From: a virus
Taxonomy: Duplodnaviria > Caudoviricetes
Direction: 5' to 3' (one strand)
Length of the DNA: 64,000 nucleotides
Virus record (IMG/VR): IMGVR_UViG_3300017987_005501
The notes beneath the pieces were generated by a model. That model did no database searches, was not told where the DNA came from, and saw only the letters and a program-made list of their open reading frames with translations. The translations under genes were made by a program, and so were the position numbers. Positions within the stretch are counted from its first letter, which is position 1; every line of letters starts with the position of its first letter. Positions 57,373 to 64,000 of the stretch are shown here, piece after piece.

Positions 57373-59208
57373 ATGAAATTCAATGCCGAACAATTCGAAA
57401 TTATCAAGCATAAAACTGGCCCTCTTGCTGTAATGGCAAACCCAGGAACAGGAAAAACAGCCACCATTTGTTCCCGAACTATAGAGTTAATTAAAAAAGG
57501 GGACTGCAAAGATTATCAAATCCTACTCATTACGTTTACAAATAAAGCTAAAAATGAAATGAAAGAAAGGCTTGAAAAAGCTTTGGGGAAAAATGGGGTT
57601 CGGGTTTATACCTTCCATGGGTTCGGGGCAGTCCTATTAAGAGAGTTTGGAACGTTAATCGATATCAAAAAAAATTATACAATCATAGATGAAAGCGAAA
57701 CAATCTCTTGGCTAAAGAAAGAATTAAATGTTGCTAATTCAAAAATAACGCCCAAACAAGTTATCTTCTATTTTCAAGACTCCCAAAACTACGATAAAGA
57801 CTTTTATAAGTATCTAGATGATAAAGGGGCCGATTTTGAAACTAAAGAATTTTTAGACCCCCTCCATAAGAAATACACCGAATGGAAACGAGCCTTGAAT
57901 ACGGTGGATCTCGGGGACTTACAAACTCTTGCCCTAAAACTAATTAGAGAAAAGATTCAAAAACAAATTGAGAAAAAATATCGTTTTATGATGGTTGACG
58001 AGTTTCAAGATACAAACCAGATTCAACTAGAATTAGTGAAAGAAATTTGCCAAAACCATAAAAATATCATAATTGTTGGGGATATGCGGCAGGGGATTTA
58101 TAGTTGGAGAGGGGCAGAACCTAAAAATATTGGGAACTTTGTTGAATACTTTGATTCAAAGGTAATTAACCTAAATAAGAATTATCGCAGTTGTAAATCG
58201 ATTATTGCTACCTATAATAAGTTAATTGATAAAAGCCATCATAATTTTGGTGCTCCAACTGCAGCGACGAAATCAAAAAGCGGTTTAGTTAAATATTTCA
58301 CGTTTGAGGACGACATAATAGAAGCAGAGGCAATTTATAAATTCATTGAGGAATTACAGCGAAAAGTCGGACTAAGGTTAGGGGAAATTGCGATTCTCTA
58401 TAGAACTAATGCCTTAAGCCGTTCTTTTGAAGACCTATTTAGAAGAAACCAGGTACCATACCAGCTAATTGGGTCTAAATCCTTTTATGATCGGCGAGAA
58501 GTGAAAGACTTCCTTAGCTTCTTTAAATGGATGTATAATCCTGCCGACGTTGCTGCTGCTGTTAGGTTTGCTACAATGACCAAATGCGGGGTTGGGCAAA
58601 AAACAATTGAAAATGTTTATACTGAACATTTTGCAAGTAAGGATAGAATCACATTTGACGACTTTAATAAAGTTTTAGGGTTGCTAAGGCCAAAGGCCGA
58701 AAGCTTTTTTAGTTATCTAGTATCTCTTAGTAAAAAGAAATTAGTTACTATTGCCGAAGATTTCTTAAACAAATATAAAGTAATCTCTAGGTTGAAAGAA
58801 CAAGATCGGAAAAAGAATGAAACAAGGGCAGATAACGTAATTAGTTTATTAAACTTGTTAAAGCAAAACCCAAATTGGTCTTTACAAGAGTTTTTGGATA
58901 GCTTTTGTTTAGAGAAACCAAAAGACGACCCCGACGATGACGATAATAAAATTAGCCTTCTTACAATACATAAATCAAAGGGACTTGAATTTAGGGCCGT
59001 TTTCTTAATTGGGTTTGATGAGGGAATCCTTCCACACTCTATGTCAATTGAGGAAGGAAATATAGAAGAAGAAAGAAGGGCAGCATATGTAGCCTTCTCT
59101 CGCGCAGAAGAGTTTTTAGTGATTACTAGTTCCCGATTTAGAACTTTAGCATATAATCGTTCTTATACTACAAGTAGGTTTTTTCAAGATATCGAATTGG
59201 AGACATAA
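57373..59208 (+). CDS. UvrD/PcrA/Rep SF1 DNA helicase
   Basis: ANPGTGKT, ITFTNKA, VDEFQDTN, VGD.RQ.IYSWRGA, NYRS, LTIHKSKGLEF, EERR..YVA.SRA. Confidence 0.95.
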   Translation: MKFNAEQFEIIKHKTGPLAVMANPGTGKTATICSRTIELIKKGDCKDYQILLITFTNKAKNEMKERLEKALGKNGVRVYTFHGFGAVLLREFGTLIDIKKNYTIIDESETISWLKKELNVANSKITPKQVIFYFQDSQNYDKDFYKYLDDKGADFETKEFLDPLHKKYTEWKRALNTVDLGDLQTLALKLIREKIQKQIEKKYRFMMVDEFQDTNQIQLELVKEICQNHKNIIIVGDMRQGIYSWRGAEPKNIGNFVEYFDSKVINLNKNYRSCKSIIATYNKLIDKSHHNFGAPTAATKSKSGLVKYFTFEDDIIEAEAIYKFIEELQRKVGLRLGEIAILYRTNALSRSFEDLFRRNQVPYQLIGSKSFYDRREVKDFLSFFKWMYNPADVAAAVRFATMTKCGVGQKTIENVYTEHFASKDRITFDDFNKVLGLLRPKAESFFSYLVSLSKKKLVTIAEDFLNKYKVISRLKEQDRKKNETRADNVISLLNLLKQNPNWSLQEFLDSFCLEKPKDDPDDDDNKISLLTIHKSKGLEFRAVFLIGFDEGILPHSMSIEEGNIEEERRAAYVAFSRAEEFLVITSSRFRTLAYNRSYTTSRFFQDIELET

Positions 59209-59778
59209 ATGCTGTTAATCGATTTAGATGGAACTTTAGCAGATTTCGAACAAGGCTTTATTAATACCTGGAAAAAGTTATATCCGGGGGTACCACACTT
59301 ACCAAAAGAATCGAGAAAGTGTTTCTATTTACATGAGGAATATCCGGAAGAGCAAAGAGAGAAGGTTCTCAGTGTTTATAGAACTAACTTTTATCTAGAA
59401 ACCCCTCCCCTCCCTGGGGCAGTTGAAGCTATTCATGAGATGGAAAACTTAGGAATAGATTTCCGGATTTGTACGGCTCCCCCATCAATAGAATATGCCC
59501 AATTTGAAGGCTTACAGAATCAAGTATCTGGGAAATATTGGTGGGTTAAAAAATTCTTGGGAGAACAAATTTTAAAGAAGATTGTTATTAGTGGGGATAA
59601 AACAATTATTAGAGGAAAATACCTAATAGATGATAAACCCAAAATAACAGGGTCCTTATATCCAGCTTGGGAACATATTATTTTCGACCAACCCTACAAT
59701 AAAAGGTGCAAGGGAAGAAGGATTAACTGGGATAATTGGAAAGAGATCATCTTGGAGGAAAAAAATGCCAACGTATGA
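59209..59778 (+). CDS. 5'(3')-deoxyribonucleotidase (NT5C, HAD family)
   Basis: IDLDGTLADF, PLPGAVEA, GKYLIDDKP, HIIFDQPYN. Confidence 0.9.
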   Translation: MLLIDLDGTLADFEQGFINTWKKLYPGVPHLPKESRKCFYLHEEYPEEQREKVLSVYRTNFYLETPPLPGAVEAIHEMENLGIDFRICTAPPSIEYAQFEGLQNQVSGKYWWVKKFLGEQILKKIVISGDKTIIRGKYLIDDKPKITGSLYPAWEHIIFDQPYNKRCKGRRINWDNWKEIILEEKNANV

Positions 59779-59974
59779 TTACCGTTGTGAAAGTTGTGGC
59801 CATACCTGGGAAGTTTTCCAGCCGGTGAAAGCTAAAAAGATTAATACTTGCCCGAATTGTCAAAAAGAGACCGCGAAAAGACTAATTTCAGGAGGGGCCG
59901 GTGTAATCTTTAAGGGGCAGGGATTTTACGAGACAGATTATAAACGTAAAAAAGATCCCAAGAAAAAAGAATGA
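59765..59974 (+). CDS. FmdB-family zinc-ribbon protein
   Basis: MPTYDYRCESCGH...CPNC...KRLIS....IFKGQGFYETDY. Confidence 0.9.
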   Translation: MPTYDYRCESCGHTWEVFQPVKAKKINTCPNCQKETAKRLISGGAGVIFKGQGFYETDYKRKKDPKKKE

Positions 59975-60891
59975 AAAAAGTAGTCGCTATTGGGGGAGGA
60001 ACTGGCTTATCCACACTTCTCCAAGGCTTAATAAGTTTTGACGTAGATATTACTGCTATTGTAGCAGTAACTGATAATGGAGGATCCTCGGGAAGACTCA
60101 GGGTCCTTTATGACGTTATACCCCCTGGGGATATTCGTAATTGTATTTCTGCCCTTGCCCCTCGACCCACAGCTAAACTTCTTCAGCACCGTTTCTCAGG
60201 AAACGAATTAGATAAACACGCCGCTGGAAATTTACTATTACTTTCAGCATTTCAACAAAATAAAACTCCAACAATTGGAACTAAAAGAGTTTGCAGAGCT
60301 TTAGGGATTAAGCATACAGTTCTTCCTGTCTCAAATAAGAAATTGACACTTCTCGCAAAATACGGAAAAAAGAAAATAACCGGCGAAGTTGATATCTCAA
60401 AAGAGAAAGAAACCGTTAATAGGGTTTCGCTTAAACCCGAAAACGCACAAACTACCCCCGAAGTGTTAAAGGCAATTAAAGCAGCGGATATTATTACCAT
60501 TGGGCCTGGGTCACTTTTTACAAGCGTTATAGCGCCTTTACTTACCCCTGGGGTGAGAGAAGCCGTTAAGGAAAGCAACGCGCCCAAACACTATATTTGT
60601 AATTTAATGACGCAGCCGAACGAGACCCTAAATTTCTCTGCTAAAGACCACCTTAAAGCACTAATTACACATACCGGGAAAAATTATGATTTTTGTTATG
60701 TTAATATAGGAAAACCACCTAAACAGATAAGCACCCAATACGAAAAAGAGAAACAATCTTTTATAAAAATTAATCTAAAAGATATATACCAAGGCACAAA
60801 AATAATCCAAAATAACTATTTGGATATAAAAGGAAAAAGGATTCGGCATAACGCCGAATCCTTAATAAAAGATATCCTTAGAAACTCTTAA
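59971..60891 (+). CDS. YvcK/GlmR (CofD-related) family protein
   Basis: VVAIGGGTGLS.LL.GL, VTDNGGSSGRLR, PPGDIRNC, IGPGSLFTS, NLMTQP.ET, RH. Confidence 0.9.
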   Translation: MKKVVAIGGGTGLSTLLQGLISFDVDITAIVAVTDNGGSSGRLRVLYDVIPPGDIRNCISALAPRPTAKLLQHRFSGNELDKHAAGNLLLLSAFQQNKTPTIGTKRVCRALGIKHTVLPVSNKKLTLLAKYGKKKITGEVDISKEKETVNRVSLKPENAQTTPEVLKAIKAADIITIGPGSLFTSVIAPLLTPGVREAVKESNAPKHYICNLMTQPNETLNFSAKDHLKALITHTGKNYDFCYVNIGKPPKQISTQYEKEKQSFIKINLKDIYQGTKIIQNNYLDIKGKRIRHNAESLIKDILRNS

Positions 60892-61493
60892 ACGCTTTCT
60901 GATTCCTCAACTGTTCCATCAGTATCTTCGTCTTCGGGGGTTTCTTCATTATTAGGTAGTTCGTTCTGCCCTTCATTTATTCTTCCAAGAACTTCCCCGA
61001 CATCATCAGCATCCAAGTTTGTGGGGTCAACCATTCGGTTTCTCCTAACCCATACAACTACGTCAATTCCAATTTGGGCGGCAAGCGCGACAAGGATACC
61101 GCCTACCTGCATAACAGGATCTGTTTCAGCAAGGCCGCTACCCATAACAAACCCAAGTGCGGTTGTTGCCACATCTAACCAATAATCCTTTGTCCTATAT
61201 GCTGGTTGGTTTGGGTAAGAGCGGGACCTAAGCCTGTTAGAAGCAACATTGTACCCGAGATAATAAAGAACCATACCCACTGGAGTTGCAATTTGGACAA
61301 GCCAATGAGTTACCGGGAGGCCGCTAGCGAGAATAAAAGCTACAATGGTTGCGAGGGCACTAAGCCAAAAAGGAATAGTCTTCCAAGGAGCTGGCGCCCT
61401 TCCTGCTCTTTCGTTTGTCTCCCTCTCAAGGTCTTCAAGTGCGTCGTCAAAGTCGGGAGGAGTAAGCGCACTTTCTGGTTTGGTTTCTGCCAT
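60888..61493 (-). CDS. Multi-pass membrane protein with internal duplication (holin-like)
   Basis: Two units PWKTIPFWL...SGL / PAYRTKDYWL...SGL, each with two hydrophobic helices; acidic C-terminal tail. Confidence 0.6.
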   Translation of the reverse strand: MAETKPESALTPPDFDDALEDLERETNERAGRAPAPWKTIPFWLSALATIVAFILASGLPVTHWLVQIATPVGMVLYYLGYNVASNRLRSRSYPNQPAYRTKDYWLDVATTALGFVMGSGLAETDPVMQVGGILVALAAQIGIDVVVWVRRNRMVDPTNLDADDVGEVLGRINEGQNELPNNEETPEDEDTDGTVEESESV

Positions 61494-61565
61494 TTTATTG
61501 TCTCCTTTATATAAAAGATCTTATTTTTTATACGAATTCTGTTACTTAGTTTTTATAAACAGTTT

Positions 61566-62012
61566 TTAGATTTTTTCTAGTTCGAGCCTAAACCATAGCT
61601 CCAAAGGTTCCTTAGAAGCTTTTCCTTTCGGGGAATTGTGCTCTATTCCCTTCCCCAACTGTATGGAATAATAAGTTTTAATCGTGCTTTTTAGTATATT
61701 TTTAACTACCGAATTAATCTCTTCAATTGCTTTGTCAGCTGCTTCCTTTGTTTTTTTATTAACCCTACAAAAAATGGTTAAGTACGATTTTTTACCCGCA
61801 CGCGAATCTAGCTGAAACTCCATTCTTAACCCATTGGGTGGATTTATTGCTTTATAGTAGTATCTTAAACCCTCTCGGTCTCCCATATAAATGGAATCAA
61901 GTTCATTTTGTAAGGCATGGTCTAGGAGAAAAATAGTATCTGTTTCAACTATTTCCCTAGCAAATCTTTTTAGAAGCGATGTTAATTTTATAAGTTTTTC
62001 AGATGATTTCAT
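61566..62012 (-). CDS. Hypothetical protein with shared-type N-terminus
   Basis: MKSSEKLIKLTSLLKRFA. Confidence 0.65.
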   Translation of the reverse strand: MKSSEKLIKLTSLLKRFAREIVETDTIFLLDHALQNELDSIYMGDREGLRYYYKAINPPNGLRMEFQLDSRAGKKSYLTIFCRVNKKTKEAADKAIEEINSVVKNILKSTIKTYYSIQLGKGIEHNSPKGKASKEPLELWFRLELEKI

Positions 62013-62094
62013 TCTTTTGCGCTTTTTTGTTATTAAAACTCAAGGTATAAAAACGGTAAAAATTAATGGATTATTGTTTCAAAGGAGATTTAGT

Positions 62095-62988
62095 ATGCAA
62101 AGTTATTTAGATTTACTTGATAGGATCCTAACCACTGGGGTTAAGAAGGCAGATAGGACCGGGACTGGTACCATTGGAATTTCGGGAGCGCAATTACGTT
62201 TCAACCTCCAGGAAGGGTTTCCCCTTTTAACAACTAAAAAAGTTTTTTGGAAAGGCGTAATCACTGAATTGCTTTGGTTCCTTAAAGGGGATACCCATAT
62301 TAAATTTTTAATCGATAATAAATGTAAAATTTGGAATGCCAATGCATATGATTATTATAAGAAAAGGTGCCATACCTTTAAGGACGATATTGAGCACCCT
62401 GTAGATTATGAAGAGTTTGTTGAGCGAGCTAAAACAGGGGATTCCCGGTTTGGCGAATTAGGGCCTGTTTATGGTTCCCAGTGGCGTAATTTTAATGGAG
62501 ACGGGGTAGATCAGATAGCTAATGCAGTTCAAAAACTAAAGACAGATCCGTATGATCGGAGAATTATTGTGAGTGCTTGGAACCCTTCTAAGCTTCCTGA
62601 GATGGCTTTACCCCCTTGCCATATGATGTATCAATTCATTGTCAGAGAAGTCGATGAGAAGAAAATCCTTGATTTAATAATGATGCAAAGAAGTACGGAT
62701 ACATTTTTAGGTCTAAGTTTCAACATATGTTCCTATGCTGTTTTACTTATGCTGTTTTCAAAAGTAGTCGGAATGGAACCAGGAGAGTTTATTTGGACTG
62801 GCGGGGATGTCCATCTCTATCTCGATCATATTGAACAAGCAAAATTACAATTATCTAGAGAGCCACGCCCATTGCCAAGAATGGAAATTGATTATCATGG
62901 GCAAGCGATTGATGAATTTAAATTAGAAGATTTTAAGTTAATTGATTATAACCCCCATCCTATAATTAAAGCGAAAATGAGTGTTTAA
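62095..62988 (+). CDS. thyA: Thymidylate synthase
   Basis: DRTGTGT, FPLLTTKKV, ELLWFL, LGPVYGSQWR, MALPPCH, QRS.D.FLG..FN; start moved to 62095 (AAGGAG RBS). Confidence 0.97.
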   Translation: MQSYLDLLDRILTTGVKKADRTGTGTIGISGAQLRFNLQEGFPLLTTKKVFWKGVITELLWFLKGDTHIKFLIDNKCKIWNANAYDYYKKRCHTFKDDIEHPVDYEEFVERAKTGDSRFGELGPVYGSQWRNFNGDGVDQIANAVQKLKTDPYDRRIIVSAWNPSKLPEMALPPCHMMYQFIVREVDEKKILDLIMMQRSTDTFLGLSFNICSYAVLLMLFSKVVGMEPGEFIWTGGDVHLYLDHIEQAKLQLSREPRPLPRMEIDYHGQAIDEFKLEDFKLIDYNPHPIIKAKMSV

Positions 62989-63005
62989 CCGAGGAAGACA
63001 AAAGG

Positions 63006-63497
63006 ATGACTAAAGAATTAACCGTCGAATTAACAGACTACTGCCCGAATAGCTGCGAATTCTGTAGTAGCAATTCAGATCCTAACCAAACTACTTATTT
63101 AGGATTAGAAATAGCCTTAAAGGAAATTGGAGAAACCGAGGCAGAAATTATCCACCTTAGCGGAGGAGAGCCATTAGCTCATCCCGAATTTTGGAAAGTC
63201 CTGCAAGCGGCATCTGAAAAGGTAGGGGCAGAAAATGTTATCGTGCATACAAACGCAATAAGGCAATTGGCATTCAACCTTCACGTAATTCCTGGGGTTA
63301 AAACTCATGGGTATATTACTCCAGAAGGGGTCGATGTTCTGCATATTGCAAAAAGAATCAAACAAGGAAAAGAAAGAAAAAAGCCAGAACCCTATTTCTC
63401 AAGCAACTGGGATAGTTGTGGAGATTGTGCGGAGTGCGAACATCGATTAGTTAATCCAGATGGGGTTGTTGGAAAACCGTGCAATAAGAAACGTTAG
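63006..63497 (+). CDS. Short radical SAM protein
   Basis: VELTDYCPNSCEFC, HLSGGEPL.HP; C-terminal Cys cluster CGDCAEC...C. Confidence 0.8.
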   Translation: MTKELTVELTDYCPNSCEFCSSNSDPNQTTYLGLEIALKEIGETEAEIIHLSGGEPLAHPEFWKVLQAASEKVGAENVIVHTNAIRQLAFNLHVIPGVKTHGYITPEGVDVLHIAKRIKQGKERKKPEPYFSSNWDSCGDCAECEHRLVNPDGVVGKPCNKKR

Positions 63498-63528
63498 TTT
63501 TTTAGGAGATTACTTAAAAGGAAAAATA

Positions 63529-63753
63529 ATGGAAATCGATCTAGAACATATTTTTACACACCATGCCCCCGAAAAAGAAGATATTGAAAAATACACCAAA
63601 CTAAGAAATGCAGCAAAGGAGTTTGCAGAAACTATAATTAAAAATACTCCAAAAGGCGCAGACCAAACAGCTACAATTCGTAAAATTAGAGAAGCAGTTA
63701 TGACTGCAAATGCTTCTATAGCATTAAAAGGAAGACTGAACAAGGAAACCTAA
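63529..63753 (+). CDS. Acb2/Tad1-like helical hairpin protein (candidate anti-defence nucleotide sponge)
   Basis: FTHHAP...Y.KLR..AKEFA..I....P...DQ...IRKIREAVMTANASIA matches the recalled family pattern; start 63529. Confidence 0.65.
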   Translation: MEIDLEHIFTHHAPEKEDIEKYTKLRNAAKEFAETIIKNTPKGADQTATIRKIREAVMTANASIALKGRLNKET

Positions 63754-63766
63754 AGTGGGGTTTTGT

Positions 63767-64000
63767 ATGGATAACGCTGTTTTTAATATCAATGGATCTG
63801 GGGAAGGGTTCCTAGCCAAAGTACTAGCTCTAGCTTTTGAACAAACCCAGACCCCAAACGGTTGGAAAAAAGATAAAGAAAAAGGAATCGTGCTTTTTTG
63901 GTACGGAGGAAAAAAGGGGTTTCTTCTTTCAGAGTACCGCCGTCATCCAAAAAATTGGCGAAAGATATCATTAAAATCTTCGAAACAGAGGATTGGGTTA
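63767..64000 (+). CDS. Hypothetical protein, truncated by window end
   Basis: Read manually (not in ORF track): MDNAVFNINGSGEGFLAKVLALAF...KGIVLFWY, open to position 64000. Confidence 0.6.
   Translation, partial: MDNAVFNINGSGEGFLAKVLALAFEQTQTPNGWKKDKEKGIVLFWYGGKKGFLLSEYRRHPKNWRKISLKSSKQRIGL

Noticed and set aside
61891-62094. N-terminal extension of thyA
   Set aside because: It overlaps the opposite-strand gene; ThyA homology and an AAGGAG RBS begin at 62095

Overview
AT-rich, gene-dense 64-kb segment with standard genetic code (TAA, TAG and TGA all used as stops). It reads as part of a large (jumbo/huge) bacteriophage genome. This is an inference: many short orphan ORFs are mixed with host-like auxiliary genes, but no terminase or capsid gene lies in the window. 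Blocks: (1) 1-13.8 kb: small orphan genes, exported proteins and lipoproteins, a trypsin-like protease, an AP2 protein, a degenerate SET domain and two tRNAs, including a tRNA-Gly(UCC) with a 45-nt hairpin insert in its anticodon loop. (2) 14.2-24.5 kb: NusG paralog, ferredoxin, tmRNA, SmpB, a degenerate acyl-CoA ligase, a Maf/DUF115 glycosyltransferase, a ClpC-like ATPase lacking the UVR middle domain, and a DenV-like glycosylase. (3) 24.4-47.1 kb: a ~22.7-kb minus-strand fibre operon of modular Thr-rich collagen-like proteins, led by a 3466-aa collagen with three 180-aa Cys-flanked globular inserts and ending in a lipoprotein and a patatin. (4) 47.3-64 kb: UDG, Map, Def, HNH, two divergent sigma-like proteins, QueE, a large Nudix protein, UvrD, 5'-nucleotidase, FmdB, YvcK, ThyA, a mini radical SAM and an Acb2/Tad1-like protein. 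Best candidates for new biology: a possibly glycosylated giant collagen fibre system (collagens plus Maf), a shared N-terminal M-K-x3-[KRQ]-[LI]-x-[KR]-[IL]-A-x2-L peptide on unrelated proteins (possible virion-targeting signal), the short structured tRNA intron, and a phage ribosome-rescue/proteolysis module. All family calls come from motif recognition by eye; no database searches were run.
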